Shown here piece by piece: positions 16,931-25,245 of a stretch of 28,919 nucleotides of DNA. Position 1 is the first letter of the stretch. Every line of letters starts with the position of its first letter. The DNA comes from a virus (taxonomy: Duplodnaviria; Caudoviricetes), in the IMG/VR virus record IMGVR_UViG_3300006105_000085, positions 1 through 28,919 of that record; one strand, 5' to 3'. The translations under genes and the position numbers were made by a program. The notes below the pieces were generated by a model. That model worked only from the letters and a program-made list of their open reading frames with translations, searched no databases and had not been told where the DNA came from.

Positions 16931-17232
16931 AAACCAAGTTCCTTTTTAATAAATTCAACACCTTTTTCAAAATGATACCGCCAATACTTTTCTGTTACTT
17001 TTAAATCTTTATATGTAAGCCCTTCTAAAAAACCATGAATAATTTCACGTTGTTTTTCGGGCATACGTTCATAAACCAAACGTCGTATATCTAAAATATC
17101 TTCAGGGCGCCATGGAAGAAATGGGTCAATTACATCCACGGGAATACCATCCATATCATCTTGCTCAATTGGATCTAACTCTTCATCGGATAAACGTGGG
17201 GTTGCAGCCTTGATTATACTTGTTTTTTTCAT
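16927..17232 (-). CDS. Stand-alone sigma-70 region 4-like protein with acidic N-terminus
   Basis: IRRLVYERMPEKQREIIHGFLEGLTYKDLKVTEKYWRYHFEKGVEFIKKEL resembles the sigma4 consensus LPExQRExIxL..EGLTYxEIA..; start ATG 17232 lies 6 nt after promoter motif copy 3. Confidence 0.55.
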   Translation of the reverse strand: MKKTSIIKAATPRLSDEELDPIEQDDMDGIPVDVIDPFLPWRPEDILDIRRLVYERMPEKQREIIHGFLEGLTYKDLKVTEKYWRYHFEKGVEFIKKELGL

Positions 17233-17234
17233 AG

Positions 17235-18587
17235 TCATACTAATACGCAATTTAGGTCATTTAAAAGTGCTTCTTGCAAATTTATTTTGCCTTCCAATAC
17301 TTTTATAACGCGCTCGTCAATACTGTCAGACACGGTCAGGTGATGAATGATAACCGGTTTTTCTTGCCCTTGGCGGTAGATCCGAGCATTCGCCTGGATG
17401 TAGTTCTCTGAGCTCCATGGTAGATCGAACCAGACCGTCTGTGCTGTGTCTCCAACGTTGCACTGTAGATTGAGCCCGATACCTCCGGATTGCGGGTGGG
17501 CAAGCAGCATACGAATCTTGCCACCACGCCACGCTTCAATGTTGTCATCGTCCAGCACCACCGCTTCTGGGAACTGAAGACGTATTCGCTGGAGCGAATG
17601 CTTGAAATGATAGAAGACAAGTGTGGGGCTGGAAGATTCTTCCATGATCGACTCAAGGTATTCCAGTTTAGCGCGGTGTACTTCTTGGACATCTCCTTCT
17701 TCAGTATAGACCGCTCCCGATGTAAATTGGAGCATCTTGTTCGCCAGTGCCGCTGCTGTTGGAGCTGTGATTTTTTCTTTCTTGATGTCAACGACCATGT
17801 CTTTTCTAAGTTCGTCATATTTACTCCTTACGTTTTTGTCTATCTGAATAGGGTGGTACAGCTTGGTGCACTCTGGTAATTGCAAATATTCTTCTGCCTT
17901 GAGTGAGAAGCAAATGTCCTCAATTTTGCCTTGGATCTGCTTATCGGCGCCCGGCTTTAGTTTCCAACTATACACGACGCGGGTGTGGCGGTTCATCTGA
18001 TCTGGCACCATGTACTTATCCCTAAACTTGGTAAGGCTAGTCTCTAAACGTTGCCCTAAGTCCAATATACCCACCTGGGACCAGAGATCAGACATGCCCT
18101 GAGGGGTAGGTGTGCCAGTGAGGATAACGCGGCGCTTAAAGCCCTTTAAATGCTTTTTGAGTGCCTTAAAACGCTTGGTGCTAGGATCCTTAAACCGGCT
18201 GCTCTCATCAATTACTAAGTTAGTGAACACTAACATATCTGCGGCGTCTGTAAGCCAAACTACGTTTTCAAGATTTATCAAATAAACATCGGCTTTGGTT
18301 TTCAGTGCGGCTTCTCGCTGGGCTGGTGTGCCCATGATTTTGACAACTTTTAACTGGCTCAAATGCTCCCACTTCTTGACTTCTGTATCCCAGACTGTCT
18401 CTGCTACTCGTTTGGGGGCTATGATCAATGTCTTGCCATCGAACTGTTCGGCTATGATTGTAAGTGTGGTTGTAGTCTTGCCAAGGCCTGGGGGTAGAAA
18501 GAGCCCAAGGTTTGGAATGGTCGTAGCTTTCTTGATTAGTTCTTTTTGATACGGGTGTAGCTGGTTTCTTTTGAGCATCTTTATCAT
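17235..18587 (-). CDS. SNF2-family (SF2) helicase/ATPase
   Basis: PPGLGKT (motif I), VIDESS (II), LTGTP (III), SGGIGLNLQ (V), QANARIYRQGQ (VI). Confidence 0.93.
   Translation of the reverse strand: MIKMLKRNQLHPYQKELIKKATTIPNLGLFLPPGLGKTTTTLTIIAEQFDGKTLIIAPKRVAETVWDTEVKKWEHLSQLKVVKIMGTPAQREAALKTKADVYLINLENVVWLTDAADMLVFTNLVIDESSRFKDPSTKRFKALKKHLKGFKRRVILTGTPTPQGMSDLWSQVGILDLGQRLETSLTKFRDKYMVPDQMNRHTRVVYSWKLKPGADKQIQGKIEDICFSLKAEEYLQLPECTKLYHPIQIDKNVRSKYDELRKDMVVDIKKEKITAPTAAALANKMLQFTSGAVYTEEGDVQEVHRAKLEYLESIMEESSSPTLVFYHFKHSLQRIRLQFPEAVVLDDDNIEAWRGGKIRMLLAHPQSGGIGLNLQCNVGDTAQTVWFDLPWSSENYIQANARIYRQGQEKPVIIHHLTVSDSIDERVIKVLEGKINLQEALLNDLNCVLV
17238..17248 (-). promoter_or_regulatory. Phage promoter-like motif GCGTATTAGTA (copy 3, in last codons of the helicase gene)
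   Basis: Exact 11-mer immediately upstream of the sigma4-like gene. Confidence 0.65.
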
Positions 18588-19033
18588 TCATGTTTGTTAC
18601 TCTTGTCACGGTTTTGTTTTTTGGTTAGGAGTTGTAAGTTCCAAGGCACATGCAAACCTGATACATTTTTACCATTAAGTGGAATGATGTGGTCAACTTC
18701 CCACAACTGTCCTGTAAATTGTTGCAAAATTTTTGCACGTTTGTACCATATTTTAATTTCCTCAACAAAAACATTTTTAATCCATTTGGGTTTTCTTTGA
18801 TTACGTTTGGCTCTTACCTTTGCTGCAATTGCGTTCATGTTACCACGATTATCAGCTTGCCAATTTCTGATACGCTGGTTTTCTTTTTCATATTTAAAAG
18901 GACAACGCCAAAATTCAACAAAGTATTTGTCTTTTTTGTTTTTAAGATTGCCGTAACCCCAAAACCGAAAACCGTCATCACGATAATCACCTTTTTTAAA
19001 AGGCTGTCCGGTGTCAGGATTTAAGCGCCGCAT
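18584..19033 (-). CDS. Freestanding HNH endonuclease
   Basis: WEVDHIIPLNGKNVSGLHVPWNLQLLTKKQNRDKSNK; start at MRRLNP (19033) preferred; AT-richer than flanking genes. Confidence 0.85.
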   Translation of the reverse strand: MRRLNPDTGQPFKKGDYRDDGFRFWGYGNLKNKKDKYFVEFWRCPFKYEKENQRIRNWQADNRGNMNAIAAKVRAKRNQRKPKWIKNVFVEEIKIWYKRAKILQQFTGQLWEVDHIIPLNGKNVSGLHVPWNLQLLTKKQNRDKSNKHE

Positions 19034-19295
19034 TAACAAATTCCTCAACGTCTTCTTTTGATCTAAGAACATGAACAGGAAACCCCTGCTCACCCAGCTC
19101 GTCGAACACGAGCACTTGTCTTGGACTTAGTACCCCCGTTGCTGTTTTTAGTTCTACGAGGTACACTTTTTGGTTCAGAAACACTATCCGGTCCGGCACT
19201 CCCGTTATTGAGCTCAGCCATTTGAAGGAGAGCCCCGAGGACTTTTTCACTAGTTTCGTTAGATGCTGTTCTATTGCGCTTTCTAGAATTTGCAC
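19014..19295 (-). CDS. VRR-NUC domain nuclease (putative Holliday junction resolvase)
   Basis: ESAIE..GVPDRIV..VELKT..G.LSPRQ..G..VHVLRS; GGAGG RBS supports GTG start at 19295. Confidence 0.88.
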   Translation of the reverse strand: MQILESAIEQHLTKLVKKSSGLSFKWLSSITGVPDRIVFLNQKVYLVELKTATGVLSPRQVLVFDELGEQGFPVHVLRSKEDVEEFVNAALKS

Positions 19296-19722
19296 GTTTT
19301 TCATCCTCCGTTGCATAAATTGAAAATACTTGTTTAAAAATGTGTTCGCCTAAGTAGGAGCGTGACTCATCACCAATTTTAGATTCATCTTCGCCAATGT
19401 ATTCAAAGACGTGAGTTGTTGTGTGGGATACCTCATGGTAGATAATACCCATGCGCTCTAACGCATCTAGTTTTGCCATGTCTTCGTAGTTAAACACGAT
19501 AGCCATCATGGCAAACTGTGTGCCTTCTTGTTGGATGTAATGCGACTCAGCTAACCCAAGATCCAAGGAGTTATGTTTGGCAGTGATCTTGGAGTCTTTC
19601 AATGCCTGCTGAAAAGCAGCATCAGAAAAGCACACCTTGATCGTAATACCAAAGTGTCCAGTATCCGCTACGTAGTAGGGCTTATCGGCCAAAAGGGATT
19701 GTTGCTCGGAGTTCTTCGTCAC
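19090..19722 (-). CDS. HExxH zinc-metalloprotease-like protein
   Basis: IIYHEVSH...DESRSYL (HExxH plus downstream E); C-terminal ~70 aa overlap the VRR-NUC gene. Confidence 0.6.
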   Translation of the reverse strand: MTKNSEQQSLLADKPYYVADTGHFGITIKVCFSDAAFQQALKDSKITAKHNSLDLGLAESHYIQQEGTQFAMMAIVFNYEDMAKLDALERMGIIYHEVSHTTTHVFEYIGEDESKIGDESRSYLGEHIFKQVFSIYATEDEKRANSRKRNRTASNETSEKVLGALLQMAELNNGSAGPDSVSEPKSVPRRTKNSNGGTKSKTSARVRRAG

Positions 19723-19849
19723 GTTGTTTTTCCAATTCTTCCAATGTTGGTACGCCGTTTTTAAAAATAGTATCCCAGTTTTTATTAAACTGCTCTAAAT
19801 TTTGTGGTGGGATTTGTTTGTCTCCCTTGCCGCCATCGTGTTTTGTCAT
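19682..19849 (-). CDS. Small hypothetical protein (55 aa; not in ORF track)
   Basis: MTKHDGGKGDKQIPPQNLEQFNKNWDTIFK...; the GGKG..NWDxIF pattern is common in small phage proteins; ATGA-coupled. Confidence 0.7.
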   Translation of the reverse strand: MTKHDGGKGDKQIPPQNLEQFNKNWDTIFKNGVPTLEELEKQRDEELRATIPFGR

Positions 19850-20124
19850 TTTGGTTCCTTTGCTTTCTTAAGGCCGAGGGCCTTGCGTAGTTCATGGCTG
19901 TGTAGCTTCTTGCCTGGATCCTTTACCTCACCGGTTTCTTTGGCTACCTTAGCGGCTTCTTTGCGGTCAGCAAACTTGCCGTTGGATAACAGGAAGCCAC
20001 GCTTGTCTTTCTTTACGCCAGCCTTTAGCTCGATCTCTTTGTGGGAGTATGCAGCAGTGTCCTTGATAATCTTGCCGCTCTTGGTCTTGATTGCTGGTTC
20101 AACTACTTTAATCTTTGTTGCCAT
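19846..20124 (-). CDS. Basic hypothetical protein
   Basis: 92-aa Lys-rich ORF with GFLLSNGKFADRKEA..LHSHEL; AAGGA RBS. Confidence 0.75.
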   Translation of the reverse strand: MATKIKVVEPAIKTKSGKIIKDTAAYSHKEIELKAGVKKDKRGFLLSNGKFADRKEAAKVAKETGEVKDPGKKLHSHELRKALGLKKAKEPK

Positions 20125-20302
20125 TTTGGTTCCTTTGTTCTACGTGCCATTTGCACAGTTGTTTGTAATAAGCAATATCAATCTCGTACTGAATAACCTT
20201 CTTGTCATAGATTGCTTTTTGCTCTTCTAGGTCTTTGTCTTTTGGTTTTATAAACAGGCCGGCCATGAAGCCTATTAACAGTGCTATTCCTATGTCAATC
20301 AT
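20108..20302 (-). CDS. Small protein with N-terminal TM helix
   Basis: MIDIGIALLIGFMAGLFIK... (64 aa). Confidence 0.65.
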   Translation of the reverse strand: MIDIGIALLIGFMAGLFIKPKDKDLEEQKAIYDKKVIQYEIDIAYYKQLCKWHVEQRNQNGNKD

Positions 20303-20414
20303 TTCGATGGTACCTGTCGTTAGGGTTGGCCAGCATGCTGGCAATAAGCTCGTCGGTGGTTGGGAACCACTGGATGACTTTGAGCCCGTCTGCTTGGTAG
20401 ATGGTGAAGCTCAT
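20295..20414 (-). CDS. Small hypothetical protein (39 aa; not in ORF track)
   Basis: MSFTIYQADGLKVIQWFPTTDELIASMLANPNDRYHRND; ATGA-coupled and fills the gap. Confidence 0.6.
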   Translation of the reverse strand: MSFTIYQADGLKVIQWFPTTDELIASMLANPNDRYHRND

Positions 20415-20635
20415 TCTTTTCTCAACATTTTTGCAATTTGGAAACAAAGTTCAATGTGCTCTGTTGGTGAATCAGATAGCTGTACTCTTAACAGTTTACC
20501 CTCTTTGTTTTTAAGTTGGCAAATTGCTATAGCAATAGCTTCGGCAGTTGCTGATGCGGTGTTCATTGCCATAAGTTCATCAATAGATTCTTGTGCTAGT
20601 TTAGTAATTCTTTCCATTGCTTCATTGTGTGTCAT
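20411..20635 (-). CDS. Hypothetical protein
   Basis: 74-aa ORF, AGGAG RBS. Confidence 0.7.
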   Translation of the reverse strand: MTHNEAMERITKLAQESIDELMAMNTASATAEAIAIAICQLKNKEGKLLRVQLSDSPTEHIELCFQIAKMLRKE

Positions 20636-20638
20636 AAC

Positions 20639-20827
20639 CTATTCTCCTATTCCGTGGGCGCGTTCGATGGCGCGGGCGAACTCAAGGTAATTAAACTGCT
20701 CAAACGGCTCTTCATTATCCAGCGTGTAATCTGTGAATGTGCACTGTTCCATAATTTCTCTAATTTGTTGATTAGTCAACGGGGTGCGTTGCGCATCTTG
20801 CCGGTCTTGTGTGGTGAAGGTGGTCAT
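20639..20827 (-). CDS. Hypothetical protein (PLTxxxI...FARAIE type)
   Basis: 62-aa ORF sharing LT..I/FARAI motifs with 21494..21994. Confidence 0.7.
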   Translation of the reverse strand: MTTFTTQDRQDAQRTPLTNQQIREIMEQCTFTDYTLDNEEPFEQFNYLEFARAIERAHGIGE

Positions 20828-21138
20828 TCATCGTCCCTCATTGGCCATTCTGTATACATCATCGGTGTCCCTACAATATGCTCTTTGCCTGTCACTGCGG
20901 CAATAAATTCATGCGGGCTGACTTTGTTGTAGCTTCCATTGATTGCTTTTTCATAGTCACCAAACTTATCCTCAAACTGGGCAATCATCATATCTGCTGC
21001 AGCGATAGAATTGTCCTGCGCTTTTACTTGCTTTTTCAACGCCTCTATTTCAGCTTGTTGCTGGCGTGTTGTGTTATTTAATTCAATAATTAACGCTGAG
21101 TTTTCTTTAAGCAAATCAGCTAGTTCATTTGCGTTCAT
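20824..21138 (-). CDS. Mini-array gene (MNANELA...RQQQAEIEALK)
   Basis: Start at the MNANELA module (21138). Confidence 0.75.
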   Translation of the reverse strand: MNANELADLLKENSALIIELNNTTRQQQAEIEALKKQVKAQDNSIAAADMMIAQFEDKFGDYEKAINGSYNKVSPHEFIAAVTGKEHIVGTPMMYTEWPMRDDE

Positions 21139-21154
21139 TTCTCTTGTGCCTTTC

Positions 21155-21250
21155 TTAGCAATGTTTACTTGCAATAATCATCATAAAAGATTGAAAAATT
21201 ACAATAATACTTAGAATTGTTATCGTTACTCTGCTCCAAAATGTAGTCAT
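21155..21250 (-). CDS. Mini-array gene, 31-aa TM peptide (not in ORF track)
   Basis: MTTFWSRVTITILSIIVIFQSFMMIIASKHC; stops inside module C read out of frame. Confidence 0.55.
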   Translation of the reverse strand: MTTFWSRVTITILSIIVIFQSFMMIIASKHC

Positions 21251-21354
21251 TTTTTTTGTGCCTTTATTAGTATTGCCATTGAATACAACAATCCAGCCAA
21301 AAATCCCGCCACAACAAAAAATGTAATATGCAATCCAATTAGTAGATATATCAT
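21247..21354 (-). CDS. Mini-array gene, 35-aa TM peptide (not in ORF track)
   Basis: MIYLLIGLHITFFVVAGFLAGLLYSMAILIKAQKK; ends in degenerate module C; ATGA overlaps. Confidence 0.6.
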   Translation of the reverse strand: MIYLLIGLHITFFVVAGFLAGLLYSMAILIKAQKK

Positions 21355-21497
21355 TTCTCTTGTGCCTTTCTTAGTAACTCTTCTAAAACATTTTCCAATT
21401 CTTCGCTTATGTAAGTCAAAAGTCTTTCATTGTCCAAATCATTGATGTTGTCGTATAAAAAAGTTGCTCTATCCCGAACTCTGTCGTATAAGTTCAT
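21351..21497 (-). CDS. Mini-array gene, 48 aa (not in ORF track)
   Basis: MNLYDRVRDRATFLYDN...EELLRKAQEK; ATGA overlaps at both ends. Confidence 0.7.
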   Translation of the reverse strand: MNLYDRVRDRATFLYDNINDLDNERLLTYISEELENVLEELLRKAQEK

Positions 21498-21994
21498 TTC
21501 TCTTGTGCCTTTCTTAGTATTGCTCTAGCAAAATCCACCATCTTTGAATCAAGACCAATCCAACTACCATTTGAATGTCTTACAAAGATTCCTTTATCTT
21601 CTGACCAATTAAATCCAGCTTCTTCTGCTGAACTAATTATTTCCTCATCTGTTAGTGTCTTTGCTGGATGGGTGTAGAGTGGAACATAACCTTCTTTTGG
21701 GTCTGGAATAATACCGCTTGCCGTTACCCAATAATCATGTTCTTCTAAATACTTTCCATACGCTACTGGTTCATTGCTAAAGACTTTTTCAAATTCAGGT
21801 ATTTCTTTAAACAATAACTCTATTTCAGCTCGCTGTTTTAAGATAACATCTAAATCAGCCAACCTAGCCAACTTCAACTCTTTCAATTCAGCTTGTTGCT
21901 GGCGTAGCAAGTCAGGTATTTCCCAAACAAGGCGGTCATACTCTTCACCTTTGAGGTAATGTTCCAACTCAACAGCTAGTTCATTTGCGTTCAT
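21494..21994 (-). CDS. Mini-array gene, 166-aa mosaic
   Basis: MNANELA..LRQQQAE..EPVAY..PLYTHPAKTLTDEEI..FARAILRKAQEK. Confidence 0.8.
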   Translation of the reverse strand: MNANELAVELEHYLKGEEYDRLVWEIPDLLRQQQAELKELKLARLADLDVILKQRAEIELLFKEIPEFEKVFSNEPVAYGKYLEEHDYWVTASGIIPDPKEGYVPLYTHPAKTLTDEEIISSAEEAGFNWSEDKGIFVRHSNGSWIGLDSKMVDFARAILRKAQEK

Positions 21995-22182
21995 TTTTCT
22001 ATCCCAAAGTGTTGTTTAAGAAACGGGCGCCATGTATCTTGCCAGTGTTTTAATGCTTCTATTTCAGCTTGTTGCTGGCGTAGCATTGCGGCGGCACTAC
22101 CTACAGGCGATGCTCGCCACTCTTCAATAGTGCAATCATAAGAAATGCTATCTAGTTCATCAGCTAATTCATTTGCGTTCAT
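21991..22182 (-). CDS. Mini-array gene, 63 aa
   Basis: MNANELAD..MLRQQQAEIEALK. Confidence 0.75.
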   Translation of the reverse strand: MNANELADELDSISYDCTIEEWRASPVGSAAAMLRQQQAEIEALKHWQDTWRPFLKQHFGIEK

Positions 22183-22415
22183 TTCTCTTGTGCCTTTCTT
22201 AAGTACTCGGCAAGTCTTTCACCATAAGTCAATGAATGTATATCCATTTTTAATGCTTCTATTTCAGCTTGTTGCTGGCGTAGCATGGTGGCGGCTTGGT
22301 CTAATTGGTCAGCAAGTCTGTCGTTAGCACCTTCTTGTACGCTCTTACGGCTTGTTGCTTGCCTACGAATTGACGCACGAATTTCCATTGCATCAGCTAG
22401 TTCATTTGCGTTCAT
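22179..22415 (-). CDS. Mini-array gene, 78 aa
   Basis: MNANELAD..MLRQQQAEIEALK..LRKAQEK. Confidence 0.8.
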   Translation of the reverse strand: MNANELADAMEIRASIRRQATSRKSVQEGANDRLADQLDQAATMLRQQQAEIEALKMDIHSLTYGERLAEYLRKAQEK

Positions 22416-22543
22416 TTTCTCACCTGTAAAAGTATTGGCCCAAGTCTATAGACATAGTATACATCGCCGCCATTAAAACGTACAGAGTTCCATTGTAATG
22501 GCTCTCCTTTAAACCATGGTGCCTTGTAAAAACGGATGTTCAT
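22412..22543 (-). CDS. Small hypothetical protein (43 aa; not in ORF track)
   Basis: MNIRFYKAPWFKGEPLQWNSVRFNGGDVYYVYRLGPILLQVRK; AGGAG RBS. Confidence 0.65.
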   Translation of the reverse strand: MNIRFYKAPWFKGEPLQWNSVRFNGGDVYYVYRLGPILLQVRK

Positions 22544-22544
22544 G

Positions 22545-22796
22545 CTATCTCCTAAATTGTGGTGTTGGTTTACGTCTGCCGAATGTTTTACGAACCTTTA
22601 ACGCCCATATACTACCATGCACCTTGTTACGCCAGCCTTGGTGCGCACGTCTAATCTTTTGCATCTTAAAGCGCGCTTTAATACGTTTTGGCTTATTATA
22701 GTAGTCTTGAACAAGGCGCCGCTTGCCAGCGTCACCGAAGATAACGCCAAACAAGCTGCGCTTGATGATGCGTGGAAAGTTAAAACGCTTCTTCAT
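22545..22796 (-). CDS. Very basic hypothetical protein
   Basis: 83-aa R/K-rich ORF within the operon. Confidence 0.6.
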   Translation of the reverse strand: MKKRFNFPRIIKRSLFGVIFGDAGKRRLVQDYYNKPKRIKARFKMQKIRRAHQGWRNKVHGSIWALKVRKTFGRRKPTPQFRR

Positions 22797-22929
22797 TCAG
22801 TTTGCCCAACATAGCAAACTCTGCATATGTCCACATCATGTCACGCACTTCTGCTGGGCTTGCACCACGGGCTACCAAACCCATGAGCGCAAACGCTGCA
22901 TACATTTCCTTTAGTTCTTGTTCAGTCAT
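22780..22929 (-). CDS. Small hypothetical protein (49 aa; not in ORF track)
   Basis: MTEQELKEMYAAFALMGLVARG...; TGATG overlap with the primase stop. Confidence 0.65.
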   Translation of the reverse strand: MTEQELKEMYAAFALMGLVARGASPAEVRDMMWTYAEFAMLGKLNEEAF

Positions 22930-25223
22930 CAAAATATCTCTCTTTCAAAGTTAGACACAGAATCAGCGTACTGCTGTGCTTTTGGTTTCAATTTTACACC
23001 ACGATACAAATACTGTACAGCTCCTTCACTACGCTTGCGATACGACTCCACATGATGTTCCTGTGTAGAGGCCGCAAACCTACGTTTGAAAGACATCTCT
23101 GTGCCAGGGTGTAAGTTTTTCTTAATCGCCCAGTGCTTATAACAAGCAAACAAATCGTCTTTATCAACCTCGCCTTCGGGTGTGAAATCCAGCGCTTCCT
23201 CAACAAACGACAGCAACGGGTTAGATAGCTCTGTCATCATTTCCAAAGAAGATTCACTAGATTTAGGTTGCACAAAACGTTCGCCTGATCTTGCTGTGCG
23301 CTTCTTATGTCCTTCAATCGCCCAGTTAAAAATACCAGCTAGCTCTTTAGACAAACGCTCTGCTAGGTTGTGATCTTCTTTACCCCAAAAGCTATTCTTC
23401 ATAATCAACACCAACATACGTCCAATCAATGCGTTAGAGTTCTCCGCCAGTTGTAGCATCTCGTTGGAATACACAATAATTCGTGTTGGTAAATACCCCG
23501 ACCATGCTTCCTTGTTCTTGCGGTTTACAGTCACAGTATCCGCACCAACAATACGTAACAACTGAGAGACAACGCCAGCTGAGCTTTTAGTTGTCACCCT
23601 CGCATCCGTAAAGGACGCAAGCTGTTTACCAAGCCATGGTTGTAGTCCAAAGGTATCGCACAACTCCTCCATCTGTGGACTTACCACATTATGTTGTCCA
23701 AGTAAGTCAGTCAGAACTCGGTTAATCGTGCCTTTACCACTACGGCGAGGCCCAATAACATTCAAAAACTTCTGTTGACGAGTGTCGCCTGACAGAATGT
23801 ATCCAAAATACTCTTGCAACAAGTTCTTTGATTCCTCATCGTCTTTCCACGCATCGTCCAAGAATTTCAACCAGTCCGGACAAGTTGCCTTCGGGTCATA
23901 CTCGAATGGTAGCGAGTTGTAAGTAAAGAATCCCAGTGAGTGCGGATACAACGTGCACGTATCCATATTGAACAGTCCATTTCGCATACTGATCAACTTT
24001 TCTGCTGGTGGGTGGTTTGCTTCAAACCCATCTAACCACACTGGTGGCTTGGCATTCGGATCATTAGCAAGGTGGACAATCGACTTAATTGCATCCAAGG
24101 CAGCATTGATGACCGCTGGGTTGGCTGTAAATGGTAGCAGATTTCCTTTCTTATCTTGCTTCTGACACTTGTCTAGCATCTTATAAAGTTGTGAACGGAT
24201 GGTCTGTTCCTCGATGCTGGTGTAGTGAGTCCCATTGTAAATAAAGAACTCTTGAGCATAGTGAACAAGACGAAATCCTCCCTCAACCTCGTATAACGAA
24301 GCTAAGAACTTACGGGCGTGGTCAAGTGGATTGGAGGCGTCTAACACGATCTCGCCCCGATCGAGTGCCTCCTTGAGCTTTTTTTGGTTCACCTTGAAGA
24401 TCAATGAGCGAAGTGTAGTCCCATGACCCCTAAACGTGTTCCACTTGTTGATGCACGAATTGATGCCAGTTGATGCGTATTTTAATGACTGTGCGCTCCA
24501 ACGATCCCACGCTTCCAGTGCTTCCACATCGCCTTGAAACTGGTGATGCAATGCCATACCAACAGCAGTCCAGTCCGCATAACCACAGTCCGCATCTAAA
24601 TGAGAAAGCAACTCATTCTCAACACGGTGAACGTCCCATCCGTCCACAGGGGGTGTGTAGTTCTCAAACGCATCACGGGTTCTTAGCGGGCGAACGGGCA
24701 TGATTCCTGATAAGTCCTGTGGGGTGTCAGGCAAGTCACCACCGAGTTTGTGTCCTGTCATGGTGAAGTATCTGCCGTTTGAGTATGCCTCAAAGCCAAT
24801 CTCGTGGTCAGCATGCGCGGCAAACTTCTCAGCACGGGTAAATATCTTTACACCAGTCCCAGAGGGGCTAACTTCACAATACCCCTGTGTGCTGTCCACG
24901 ATGTTCTGTGCGAAGTCTGTTAGGACTCCTGTATCAGGATTGCGACAATCATCAATATCAATCCCAACAAGGTCATCATCCCCAGTAAATACAAAACCAA
25001 TGCCATCAAAATCGCCATTTTCGTATGCTTTCTGTGCTGTCAAGAAGTCTACCCATGTCCCTGGGTTGGTCGAGCTACCCATACGACCATTGAGTTGCAT
25101 TGGGGTTTTAGCCCACTTCTGATTGTCAATCAGGGTATATTTCCATAAAAGAAACCGAGGAATCATCTTTAAGTCCATCGGTATCTCATCAAACTTTACT
25201 TCTAATGCTGATGGTTTAATCAT
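22929..25223 (-). CDS. Primase-polymerase/helicase (AEP prim-pol + PriCT-2 + D5_N + SF3 helicase), P4 alpha/NrS-1-like
   Basis: GIGFVF, LVGIDIDDC, EVSPSGTG; YADWTAVGMALH..WDRWS (PriCT-2); Walker A GPRRSGKGT; GGAG RBS favours ATG 25223 over 25235. Confidence 0.92.
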   Translation of the reverse strand: MIKPSALEVKFDEIPMDLKMIPRFLLWKYTLIDNQKWAKTPMQLNGRMGSSTNPGTWVDFLTAQKAYENGDFDGIGFVFTGDDDLVGIDIDDCRNPDTGVLTDFAQNIVDSTQGYCEVSPSGTGVKIFTRAEKFAAHADHEIGFEAYSNGRYFTMTGHKLGGDLPDTPQDLSGIMPVRPLRTRDAFENYTPPVDGWDVHRVENELLSHLDADCGYADWTAVGMALHHQFQGDVEALEAWDRWSAQSLKYASTGINSCINKWNTFRGHGTTLRSLIFKVNQKKLKEALDRGEIVLDASNPLDHARKFLASLYEVEGGFRLVHYAQEFFIYNGTHYTSIEEQTIRSQLYKMLDKCQKQDKKGNLLPFTANPAVINAALDAIKSIVHLANDPNAKPPVWLDGFEANHPPAEKLISMRNGLFNMDTCTLYPHSLGFFTYNSLPFEYDPKATCPDWLKFLDDAWKDDEESKNLLQEYFGYILSGDTRQQKFLNVIGPRRSGKGTINRVLTDLLGQHNVVSPQMEELCDTFGLQPWLGKQLASFTDARVTTKSSAGVVSQLLRIVGADTVTVNRKNKEAWSGYLPTRIIVYSNEMLQLAENSNALIGRMLVLIMKNSFWGKEDHNLAERLSKELAGIFNWAIEGHKKRTARSGERFVQPKSSESSLEMMTELSNPLLSFVEEALDFTPEGEVDKDDLFACYKHWAIKKNLHPGTEMSFKRRFAASTQEHHVESYRKRSEGAVQYLYRGVKLKPKAQQYADSVSNFEREIF

Positions 25224-25245
25224 ATTATTCTCCATTATCTGTTCC

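Larger units (their letters stand above)
21049..22415. repeat. Interspersed DNA homology modules A (x4), B (x4), C (x4 plus 1 degenerate)
   Basis: A at 21120, 21976, 22164, 22397; B at 21049, 21887, 22063, 22263; C at 21135, 21351, 21494, 22179 (degenerate 21247). Confidence 0.9.

Noticed and set aside
21049-22415. CRISPR mini-array, DGR or integron
   Set aside because: Repeats lie in coding sequence with irregular spacing; no reverse transcriptase, adenine-specific TR/VR pair, attC palindromes or integrase in the window
24840-24875. Inactive primase because motif II reads SPSGTGVKIF (Lys instead of His)
   Set aside because: The DxD motif and domain architecture are intact, and I recall this variant in related prim-pols; inactivity cannot be supported from sequence alone
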